DNA from: Fistulifera solaris
Taxonomy: Eukaryota
DNA: 64,000 bases
Reading direction: 5' to 3'
Assembly: GCA_030295235.1 (NCBI GenBank)
Contig: AP026131.1
Coordinates: 1,364,001-1,428,000 of the forward strand
In this document: positions 53,132 to 64,000 of the stretch, piece by piece
How the letters are laid out: each line of letters begins with the position of its first letter
Numbering within the stretch: the stretch's first letter is position 1
Program-made: the position numbers and the translations under genes
The notes under the pieces: model-generated
What the model was told of the DNA's origin: nothing
What the model saw: only the letters and a program-made list of their open reading frames with translations
The model's database searches: none

Positions 53132-53517
53132 GAACCAGAACAGAGGAGGCGTCGTCGTCGACGATGGTCGACTGCAAAAAGCCACAAGTCGTCATCGAAA
53201 CGAGTGTAATTCATATTTATCATATTCAGCAATGATTTTGGCCGTACATTTTTTTTGTTTATGATACACACAACGAATCGATTTCTAGCCAACAAGCCAA
53301 GATCCTAGCATGAAGATTCAGATTGAATCACGAAGTGTATAATGATCACAACGTCACGACGAATGAAAGCAGGGGACGGAAGACAGACGAACGCACCGCC
53401 TTCACCGCAAAAAAACATCGCACAATAACGCATTTTTTCTCATTGAAGTCCAAAAGGAGCATTGAAAATAGAAAGAAAGACCTCGTTTCATTCGTTTCAT
53501 ACTTGAATAGAACGGAG

Positions 53518-56500
53518 ATGCCGAAAAAGGGAAAGACGCCTGCAAATAATAGCAAAACAACTCCGAAATGTAACTGCCAAGACCCTTACAAATGTGAATG
53601 CGGCAACCGACCAGAACGACCGAGCAAAGGTCACAAATGGGATCCGGAAACGCAAACCTGGGGCGGAAAGGGACACAAACAAAAGGGTGCATCGGGACAA
53701 ACGGCTTCGGTCGCGCAAAAGCGACTACGACGGCTGTCGGGCAAACGTCCGTAGCGCAATGGCAACGCTTGCCATCGCAACTTTTGCAAGACTATTGCAA
53801 AAGAACAAGCGGCCGTTCCCGAAATTCGAAAATAAGAGCAAGAACGCGAAATGCCTGTATAAGGTGATTCTTCCCGATGGCAAGAATGCCCAAAAGGATC
53901 TGTTTTTTCAGCCGATGCATGCCGTTGGAAATGAAGAACAGGCACGAGAAGAAGCTTGTTTGTTGGCCCTGTTGTCGTTGACACCCAATTTGCCGCACGA
54001 ACGAACGTTACCGGAACCCTATCGGACGACATGGTTGCATGCGATTGCGTCCGTCAAGGAGAAACCGTCGTCGACAACACCGACTCCCGAGCCATCGCCA
54101 ACAACACCGACTGTTGAGCCATCGACAAAGACGCAGAAAGCACAGGCTTCGAAAGAACTCAAGCTGGCTACGACGTTTACTAGCAAAGCGGAACAGAAAC
54201 GACTCTTGGAAGAAAAGCGAAAGCTCAAGAATCAACGCATGCAACGACACGAAGCGATCCGTCGAGCGAATAAGGATCATGTGGTAGCATGAGTGCGGCG
54301 ATGCGCCGACAAATTGAACGATTGTTGCGGGGAGAACATGTTGATTGGGATGATGTGAGTTCGGAAGAGGAGGAGGAAGAAGATCCGGCGCAAGACGATT
54401 TGGAATTTTATGTTCATGATCGTTTGCATCGAGAAGGGTTCACGCGTAAACAAGCGCGAACGGCGTTCCGGCAAGTCGAACAGTCTCGTGTAAGAGATAA
54501 GCATGACAGCAACAACGAAGATGAGTGGGATGTAGCGTTTGAAGAATGTTTGCAGTGGCTATTAGTAAATCTCGATGAAGATCAGTTACCAGAGGGAATT
54601 GATCCCGACAAAGGCAATATCACACTGGATGTTGGTGTAGCTTCTACAAACGCCGTTCCGACAGGATTGGGGGCGCAATGGGGTCTTTCGAATGCTGAAG
54701 TCAAACTAGTACAAGCCAGAGTCGATGGCAATCTTGATTTTGAAACTTCCTTGTGGTCCATGGTCGTTGAAAAAGCGGGAGTGACTCTGCCGGAGACTGA
54801 ATTGACCGACATTTCACCCGAACAGAGAGAGATCAATAAATCTATGTTTCAAGAAGAAGTTGAGGCGCTAGAGGCTATTTACTCAAATGACTTTAAGATA
54901 CAAACACAGTCTTCAGGCCTGCATGTCGTCGAAATTGTCTCCTGTCAAGGGGAAATGGTGCTACGTGTGTTTATTCAAGAAGGCTCGTATCCCTTGGTAC
55001 CCCCAGAGAAGGTTTGGCTCACCGGGAATTGGGGTTCACGGTTGGTAGGTTCTGCATATCACATGGAACTGGTGAAATTTTTGGCGGACTTGCCGCTGGG
55101 TGATCCGATGATTTTTGAGTTGCATGGGCATGCTCAAATGATTTTTGAGACATTGGATGATCTTCCGACCCAACAACTTGTTGATAGTATCTCTTTGAAC
55201 TCTAATAAGAAAAATTCGAACAGTGTGCAACGGCTGGAAGAAACAAAGCTCGACAAAGTGGAAACATTCCACATGGACACCGCCAGACATACGCGACCGC
55301 GTGAAGGAAAGCCATTTTGGTGCCGATTGCCTTCTCAAACACCGGAAGCAACACCGTTCCCCAAAATTAGTACAGCCATGGAAATGGCGCGGAAATCACT
55401 TCCAGCAGCCAAGTCGAGAGATGAATTCCTACAACTCCTTCGTCATGCTGAAGAATCCGGTAGAGTGCTTCTGTTGACTGGAGAAACAGGCTGTGGCAAG
55501 ACAACACAAATTCCTCAGGTACGTTCTATTGCTATCAACACCTTCAGAGAGGCACTCGTCAGCGCTCAAACGTTCCTTCTCTTTTGTTTCGTCTTTAGTT
55601 TATTTTGGAGGAGTATCCAAAGGATGCGAAAATTGTCGTTGCTCAACCCAGACGCCTAGCAGCCACAGGTGTTGCGAGTCGAGTTGCTGCGGAGAGAGGA
55701 GAGTCGAAACCAGGCATAGGAAGTGTTGGCTATGTAGTACGAGGGGATTCAGCAATATGCGATAAGAGTCGCTTAGTCTTTTGTACGACAGGAGTGCTTC
55801 TTCGCCAATTGCAGAGCAACGGGGCACTTGACTGCATCACCCATATCGTGGTCGACGAAGTTCATGAACGTCACCTCGATACGGACGTGTTGTTGGGTCT
55901 ATTGAAGCGATACTTAACAATCTACCCTCACCTACGAGTGATTTTGATGAGTGCGACACTTGATGCTGATCGCTTTGCAAGTTATTGGGTTGGAAATACA
56001 CCGCGCATGCACATACCTGGACGAACATTTGCCGTCAAAGACTACATGCTGGAAGATGTTCTTTCGCTGACTAGTTATGTTCCACGTCGAAAGACTTTCG
56101 GTTATAAAAAAAGTTTCGGGCCCAAAAGATCAACGCCTTGGGCTGATTCGGAAATGTCCGACGACGAGGACGGAGATCCATCTGATCCAGTCACAGAACC
56201 GAAGGCAGATGCAGTGACTACGCAACCCATTAGAATCGACGATGTCATGAAGAGAATCGACGAAAATCACATCGACTATGATCTCCTGGCTGCTCTCGTT
56301 GGGCACCTTGTACGTAACAGACCGTCCGCCGATGATGGATCAATTTTGATCTTTTTTACCTGGAGCCCCCGAGATCAACAAAGCAATTGAAGCAATACAA
56401 CAAGCAGCTTTAGACCTTCCCATTCGCCTTCTTCCCTTGCACGGAGGATTGCAGCCACAGGAGCAAAATAAAGTTTTTCTTTCTGTGGAGAGAGGGTTTA

Positions 56501-57987
56501 CTAAGGTTATTGCTTCTACAAATGTCGCGGAGACATCGATAACTATACCTGATTGCACAATTGTTATTGATAGCGCCAAAGAAAAACAATCTTCTTATGA
56601 CCCAGCAAATAGAATGCCCCTTTTGCTTGAGCAATTTGCTTCCAAAGCAAGCTTAAAGCAGCGAAGAGGACGTGCTGGAAGAGTTAGAGAAGGGACTTGC
56701 TTTAAACTTATATCGAAGACAACATATCAAAAATTGCATGAGCACAGTGAGCCAGAGATACGCCGAACCGCTTTAGAACAGACTCTACTTTCTCTGCTCT
56801 ACTTAGGAGTTGAAAGCGGTACGGGTGACTTCTTTCGCTCTCTTATCGATCCGCCTAGTCCTGAATCAATCCTCGCAGCCGAGTCCACTCTCATTCAATT
56901 GAGTGCTGTCGAACGGGTGAATACGACCCTCCAGCTGACGCCGCTTGGTCTTCATTTAGCTGGAATCCCCGCGCCTCCAATGATTGGAAAAAGTAAGTTC
57001 GTCTGCTGTGTTCGTCAAAACGGAATTTGTGTCTCACTTCGTTACGGCGGTCATCAGTGTTAATTATGGGCTGTATACTTGGGTGTCGAGAGGCTTCTTT
57101 GGCAATGGCAGCCGGCATGAGTCTTGGGCGCTCGCCTTTTATCCGTATTGATAGCAATCCAAAGACGAAAGAATTATCAAGCAAGTTTAACTCGGATGTA
57201 TTGAAAGCTCGAACGGATCTCATCGAATTTGTTGGCGGCAGTGACCACGCAGTTCTTGCAGCTGTCTATTCTCAGTGGAAAGCGCCAGAGAATGACAGCT
57301 CTCGACGTCGCAGCGTTTGCGATGCACTGGGCCTGTCGTTTTCTGTAATGCGAGATATGGATCTGTTAGTCAAACAACTCGATTCGGCACTTGTCAGTTT
57401 AGGATTCTCCCCAACTGCCGACTCGAATCAAAATGGAAAGTTATGGCGAGTCATTCGCGCATGCGCTGTAGCAGCACTAGCACCAAGTCAGCTTGTGAAA
57501 GTTGTCAGACCGGCAGCAAAGTATGAAAAAACAACAGAAGGAGCCAAAGAGGTTGAAGCACAGGCTCGTGAGCTCAAGTTTTTATCCGAACTGTGCGCGA
57601 TTTAGAGCAAAAGGAGTCGGAAGAAAGGGTATTCATTCACCCTTCGTCGGCAAATTTCTCTGTGGGGGATTACAATTGTCCATGGCTCGTATTTCATTCC
57701 ATGGTTCGAACGTCAAAGCCTTTTTGCGTGATGTCACCGAATGCAACTCCTATTCCTTGCTACTCTTCGGGGGCCCTTTGGAAGTCAAAGCATCCAAAAA
57801 TGTGGTGTCTATCGATGGATGGGTTCAACTTTCGGCCAACTCACGGATAGGGGCCTTAATGGGTGGTCTCCGCCGCAAAGTGGATCAGCTACTCAGCCAA
57901 AAGGTCCGGGACCCCTCGTTTGAAATTGCTAGTACCGAAGAAATGCGACTCATTATCAAGCTGATTATCCGTGATGGTCAAAATTAA
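53518..57987 (+). CDS. DHX57: DEAH-box RNA helicase, DHX57-like, with RWD domain; introns 55519-55598 and 56993-57057; several frameshifts
   Basis: EEVEALEAIY (RWD), GETGCGKTTQ, QPRRLAA, VDEVHER, MSAT, STNVAETSITI, QRRGRAGR, LTPLGLHLA, FIHPSS. Confidence 0.88.
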
Positions 57988-59064
57988 GGAACTGGATGAA
58001 TCAATGATCACTCGAAGGTACCCTGGAGTTCAGATTCCGGCTGCAAAAGGTTGCACGAGATTCCCACGCCGAAAGCATAACGAAGCGGATGAGGACGCTC
58101 CACCTATTGCAAAAGACGCTACTCATTACGACGCAGTGTCTCCTCGAAAATACGAGCAGCATTTAGTAATTCACTTATGAATGAATTTAGCTACCAATCA
58201 AGAGACTATGATGATGGCATGGTCAAAGAAGGGGGGTAGACTGCGACAGTATTATCTTAGCGATGCAGTTGTGGTGCTCCTACCAATGGACACACCCGAC
58301 CTGTGACTTCGAACATGAAGCCTTCCTTAACTCCGAAAGTTGTGAAAGATGTTAGTCAAACAAAATGAACGTTTGGTTGTGACGATGATTCTTCATTTTG
58401 CTGGAAAGCGGGAACATTGTCACTTGCCAAAGCGACCGCATTAAATCGTGAGATCGAGCTCAATCGCTCAATTTCATTGTGAGCGTCGTCGCCAGGCAGA
58501 CTTTCGGCTGTTTTAAATTTTTAGCGCGACGGACAAATCTCTAGTTTCAATGATGCTTTGAAGCCTGGATTCTGTTTTCTTTCCCGTTTTATTCAACTAA
58601 GGTCGTCGTGTCCGCGTTTTTTGAGCGAAATGTAAACCCTTCTCCTTATCGTTGATCGATTTCGGGATTTCGGTGTTATTGAGATTCGTGGAATGACTAT
58701 GATAGAATTTGTATCGACCCTACAATACAACAGCTTCAATTTGGCTCATTTATGACCGTCACAAATTTGGCGACAAAAAGTCTTTGAGCTTGTGATTTGT
58801 CGCACCGCTTATCTTGCCAACTCATCGAGCTAGTCTACAAAAGTCCGACGACACAATCCGGAGGCCCAAATAATGAGAGACAAAAAGACCGAAGGCTACT
58901 TTCTACTCGGACAAAGAGTAAAGGCATCATGCACCACAATTTCCTCTTTCTTTGTCTTCTGTCTTCTGGCACAATTCGATCGGCGTTTGGGTCACTGGCA
59001 ACAAGAAGAAAGTAACCACAACTCCAGCCAAAAGAATATAAACGGAGGACAACATAGTAAGAAA

Positions 59065-60328
59065 ATGAAGTTCCAATTTCTATTGATTGCTTCAATTGCG
59101 GTCGCCATCGCCCGTGGCGAAACTGCGCCCTCCTCGTTACGCAAACGAGAGCTTGTTTGGGGGCAAAGTGATGCAGGAAACTTCTATACCTTGATCGCTG
59201 CCACAGACTACTCTGCTATGCAGGGAGTTGAGGTGCAACAATCTTCGGAAGGAATCACGAACGTCGGCTTCATCGATACCGGTGATTGGGTTTCTTACCC
59301 TGTGAACTTGCCCACAAATGGACCTTACCAATTCCACAGTCGAATCTCATCACCCTCTGGCGAAGGAAGCTTCGAAGTGGTGAACTTTGATACACAGCAG
59401 GTGTACGCGACTTTTAGTGGATTCCCCGCCACAGGCGATTTCCAGGCATTTACAACTGTTGATCAGACGTTTGATCTTCCGGCGGGAGCTTTCTCATTGC
59501 AAGTCAGAGCCACTCAAAGTGGATTCAACATGCTTTGGTTTTCTCTCAAAGCGGTTGCCCCAGCTCCTGTAGAGGCACCTATTGAGGTGCCTGTTGAGGC
59601 TCCTGTCGAGGCTCCTGTAGAAGCACCCGTTGAGGTCCCGGTTGAGCCACCGGTTGAGCCGCCTGTCGAACCACCTGTTGAACCCCCTGTTGAGCCGCCT
59701 GTTGAACCACCTGTCGAATTCCCCCGAAACGGTCGTCACACCTGCCCCGACTGCATCGCCGACGGTGAAGCAAACTCCTTCGCCCACTTCGACACCGACC
59801 ATGAAGAAGACTGCGGCTCCGACTTCGGCACCGACCGTCAAGCAAACTGCGGCGCCAACTTCGAGCCCTACTGCGAAACAGACTCCTTCTCCTACTTCGA
59901 GTCCGACTGTGAAACAGACGCCAGCTCCATCTGCTGCGCCCCTACCGCCTTACTTCTCGTTGATGGCCGCTTCTGGGTACGCAGAAATGGAAGGTCTTGC
60001 CCTGGAAACCTCCAGCGAAGGTCTTCCGAACCTTGCAAACTATGACGCTGGTGATTGGTCTACCTACGACATCAGTCTTCCTTACGCTGGAACCTATCAA
60101 ATGATGTTCCGTGTCAGCAGCCCCTTTGGTGAAGGTGGATTCGACATTACGAACTGGGATACGCAGGAGATCTACAGCAACGTTGACGTCATGCCCAACA
60201 CGGGCGACTGGCAGTTCTACCAAACTGTATCGGTTCTGGTCAACCTTCCAGAAGGAGGCATGCGAATGCAATTGAAGTGCTACAATCCTGGCTTCAACTT
60301 GCTTTGGTTCGTCATCAAGTCGCCTTAA
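59065..60328 (+). CDS. Secreted tandem CBM6-like protein with a Pro/Glu/Thr-rich linker and no catalytic domain (frameshift near 59720)
   Basis: Signal peptide and LRKREL; two modules with GDWxxY, RxSSPxGEG, TGD(F/W)Q, GFNxLWF; linker of EAPV/EPPV and PTxSPT repeats. Confidence 0.82.
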
Positions 60329-61114
60329 ATTAATATTATGACGTCCTTTCCCTGATGAAATCTTCATCGAACCTAGGACTTTGTGTGTAAAGTTTCATGA
60401 ATGGCTAATCCAACTTACTTGTTATTCGGCTTTATCGTAAAATATGATACTAGTTTGCGTTAATCGTTTGCCTCGAGCCTTGCGCGTTGTGACCCTTCTT
60501 TACAAAAATTCCCGACGACTTGCGCTCAAGGCTAAAGACTATATTATGTTTCAAACAAATAAATAGTCTTTAGACTTGCGAGTCCCGAGTTCCCAGCTCC
60601 CACTCCCATCTCACGTCGTCATGTGTCACGTGTCAGGTCCAAGGTCACACGTCACACCCAATTGCTTTGATAAGTATAGCTAAAAACGCTGGTAACAAAA
60701 AAGTGGACTTTGTAGGGGGCTATAGTAAAAGACGGTTTGCTAAGCAAACCGTCTGTTTGCTATTGTTGGCCCTGCTGTTTCTAGTACATTCGAATGCAGA
60801 CTCCAAAAATAATGTCAAGTGCATTTTGTATACAGTTAGTAGATGTGTGTCAACCAGTCTTAGTAAATTCAACAGGCCCAACGTGCTATTTTCGGGACTT
60901 ATTTTCGACTATAACTTTGAAGTGTAGGAAGCCTACTCGAACTTACTACTGTTTACTATCAGAACGAAGAGGTACGACACGAAAGTCCTTCTGCGAATGA
61001 CTACGCGATGAAACGTGCAGTGAAGAGAGTGCTGAGTGCTGAGAACAATATTTTGAAGCAAAATGGTGGCATTGACAACATCGACAGGTCTCCTTCATTC
61101 TAATTCCTTAAAAG

Positions 61115-63443
61115 ATGAGGCTTTTCTCCATTCATACCTTTATAATAGCATTATCTCTTCTTCTGAAGGTCGGAGCCGGAAGAGTGCTTCATCTGGGCGC
61201 CGATCACGAGAATGATCATTACTATTCGCTCATTTCGGCCGTCAATTTCGATGATTCGTCGGGTGTCGAAACGAGAATATCGTCGGAAGCACTGAAAAGT
61301 CTACGATACATGAATATTGGTGATTTTGCAGCCTATCAAGTCAATATGGCAGCCGCAGCTCCTTATTTGATGCAATTACGGATTGCTTCTCCCGTAGGTG
61401 AAGGAAGTTTCGAGATACTGAATACGCAATCACAACAAGTTCTGGCAACGGTAGAAGCAATCAATGCAACAGGCGATTGGAGTCAATGGATAACAGTGGA
61501 ACGAAAAATTGAGCTTCCTGCCGGTCTGTCAATAATACAGGTTCGAGCAACACAACCTGGCTGGGAATTGCTGTGGATTTCGTTACTGGAAATGGACCCC
61601 TTGATTTCGACGGAAGCACCAATACCCTTGATCGCACCGGCTCCCATGGCGCCTTTAGTGCCTTCTCCGGTAGTTGCTCCAGCGCCACTCATGACCGTGG
61701 CACCAACAGCTGTACCGACATCTTCGATACCTTCGTTGGCGCCATCGTCGGAACCAACGGCCATGCCGACACGACCGCCGGTTCCCTTGCCTGGCCCGGC
61801 GACGGGCTTTGTTCGTACGCATGAACGACTCATCGTCGGTCCGGACGGTAATCAATTGCAACTCAAAGGAATGGTCTTGGGTGGATGGATGGTATTACAA
61901 CCCTATCTTGTTTTGGCGGAAAATTATACCAACACGTCGAGTGAATTCTTCGATTTGGTCGAAAAGACCGTCGGACCCGATCAAATGATGGAATTTCGAC
62001 AGTCTTGGTTGGATAATTTTGTGACACACGAAGATGTCCGGGAACTCAAGAGCTTGGGGTTCAATATAATCAAGGCCCCCTTGCATTATGAATTGTTTAC
62101 GTTGCCCATTCAAGAAGAGCCTGTTCGTGGACAAGATACTTGGATCATGACAGGATTCGAATTAGTGGATCAGCTTTTGGAGTGGGGCGGCGGAGGAAGA
62201 GATATACGTGTTGCTGGATCTTCAAGCCGCTCCGGGTGGTCAGAACTTTGACAACGCTACAGATTACGACCCCAACTTTTATTCGTTTTGGCAAGATGGT
62301 GAAAATCAGCGTAAAGCGATTGCCCTGTGGCGGGAGATTGCCATGCGGTACGCCGATAATCCTTGGGTAGCGGGTTACGACCTTTTGAATTCGGTTGGAT
62401 GGAATTTCGACGAATTGGATATTACCAAACATCAAAATGGCTGTGACGAAGAGACAAATGGCCCCCTTCGTTTGTTTTACAATGGAGCGATCAATGCCAT
62501 TCGCGACTTCGATACAAATCATATGATTGTGCTTGCTGGAAATTGTTGGGGTACGAACCACAAGGGTCTATTTCCCATGAATGACGATAATGTAGTTTTG
62601 GGTTTCCGCATGTCTTGGACGTCGTTAAAAGAAGGAGAAAAGGCGCAGAGGGATGTGCCACCAGAAGAGACCATTTTTCAGCAACTATTCGAAAGGGAGA
62701 AGTACAACGTTCCATTGCTAATGACACATGCAGGCGATTTTCACAACAAATGGTACTCGGATACAACGTCCATGCTGGAAGCGAATGATATTGGCTGGAC
62801 ATGGTTTACGTGGAAAAAGATGAACTCAACGGATAGTCCCTTTGAAATTTACAGCACCACTTCGTACAATACTCTGCTTTCGCACTGGGATTACAACTGC
62901 GATGACATTCATCAAGAAAGCGCTTTTCGCGCGCTCATGCAAATAGCAAACAATACACAGCTCAGCAAAACAAGGCGTAACCGACCAGTCATTGAAGCCT
63001 TGCTGAATGAAGTTCGAAATTGTGACTCAGCATTGCAATATGAAGTGACAACCGCTGAGCCTAGGCGAATTGAAGGTGAAGATTTCTGTATGTCCTTGGG
63101 CGTGGCTACAGAGCTTGGAGCAGACGTCGACTCGGTCGGATCTAATGTCGGCTGGCTAAACAGTGGATCGACCATATCATACAAAATTGGAGTCGCTGTT
63201 CCGGGCACCTATAACATAAAATTTCGAATAGCCAGCCCCTCGGGCGACGGTGGTCTTACCATCCAGTCGAATGGCGTCCAGATTGGATCGTCAAGCGGAT
63301 TCACGCGAACGTATGGCTGGCAAAATTGGGCAGACGTCGACACATCAGTGGTTTTGCCCACCGGTGTACAAGTTCTTGACATTATTTCAACAGGTCCAGG
63401 TTGGAATTTGAATTGGCTAGAGCTATCGTTCGTTTCCGCTTAG
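61115..63443 (+). CDS. Secreted CBM6-linker-GH5-like-CBM6 protein lacking the catalytic glutamates (frameshift near 62190)
   Basis: LGGWMV, LKSLGFNII, LDLQAAPGGQ, GYDLLNSV, IRDFDTNHMI, IGWTWFTWKK; CBM6 motifs at both ends; no introns seen. Confidence 0.85.
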
Positions 63444-63609
63444 TTTTGAATGGTTATGACTGTCCATTCGGCTTGTATCATATTATTTGATTCTTCAGCA
63501 TCACAGCAAAGGCGGTCAGTTGACCGTGTAACCAAGGCCGTAGTGACAAGAATAAGAGGCAGTCAGCTATAGCGATGTCCAGAGATACTAGAACTTTTCA
63601 TTATAAGTT

Positions 63610-64000
63610 TTAACCAATTTGACGGCTTTCCACTGTGTTATTACCTAGCAACATTTTGACAACCGACGATATTGGTTTTGCCCTGTACACCAGAGTGTTG
63701 TTGGCGATTTGCATCAAAGCACGAAAGGCGCTCTCTTCTTGGATGTTGCTGCAATTCTTGCTCCAATAATCTGCTAGTGTATTGTAGGACGTAGAACTAC
63801 CGAACTGAAAAGGCATCATTGTTGTATTGAGACCTTTCCATGTCCACCATAACCATCCCAGATCACTGGATTCCATTCTTTGAATGACACTCGCCGAAGA
63901 CTCATTAAGCTCGCCGCTGACATGCGTCATAATGACTGGCACGTTGTGTTTTTCTCTGTTTGCAATCAACGACTCTATGGTCTCCATCGCCGGTTCCATT
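63610..64000 (-). CDS. C-terminus of a second, convergent GH5-like paralogue, cut off by the window edge
   Basis: REKHNVPVIMTH, LGWLWWTWK, SYNTL, ESAFRALMQIANNT shared with the 61115-63443 gene. Confidence 0.82.
   Translation of the reverse strand, partial: MEPAMETIESLIANREKHNVPVIMTHVSGELNESSASVIQRMESSDLGWLWWTWKGLNTTMMPFQFGSSTSYNTLADYWSKNCSNIQEESAFRALMQIANNTLVYRAKPISSVVKMLLGNNTVESRQIG

Noticed and set aside
1373..63443. Frameshifts in nearly every long gene as programmed frameshifting or mass pseudogenisation
   Set aside because: They fall mostly in homopolymer runs and hit conserved genes (PEPC, GDH, helicase) as well as a copia with identical LTRs; long-read indel error is the simpler explanation
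1..64000. tRNA, rRNA or other structured RNA genes
   Set aside because: None recognised by eye; a covariance-model scan would be needed to exclude them

Overview
Eukaryotic, gene-dense DNA with short GT-AG introns, most likely from a pennate diatom. This is inferred from an AFAP-type plastid presequence, CoDi-like copia elements, DUF6824/DUF285/HSF families and RxL motifs in secreted proteins. Many conserved genes carry single-base frameshifts at homopolymers, so the assembly looks unpolished. Left to right: 5' part of a copia element; AlkB-like dioxygenase; hypothetical gene; HAD-IIA hydrolase; mitochondrial-type PEP carboxylase; FkbM-like methyltransferase; a giant DUF1800-DUF1501 fusion; a YHYH protein with a ~41-Cys insert; a PIF/Harbinger transposon (TAA TSD) split by a complete Ty1/copia element (327-bp LTRs, GATGA TSD); a mosaic of duplicated fragments (DUF285, two DUF6824 genes, a methyltransferase/2-hydroxyacid dehydrogenase fusion, partial GDH copy); a TSP3-repeat/VWD secreted protein; large NAD-GDH; HSF; DHX57-like helicase; and a CBM6/GH5-like cluster. 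The best leads are four. (1) An SDMT/MTHB-methyltransferase-like domain fused to a D-2-hydroxyacid dehydrogenase, a candidate bifunctional DMSP-pathway enzyme. (2) A Tf1-like self-priming structure in the copia element. (3) GH5-like paralogues with catalytic glutamates replaced. (4) One DNA repeat used in opposite orientations by two unrelated gene families. All family calls come from motif recognition; no database search was run.
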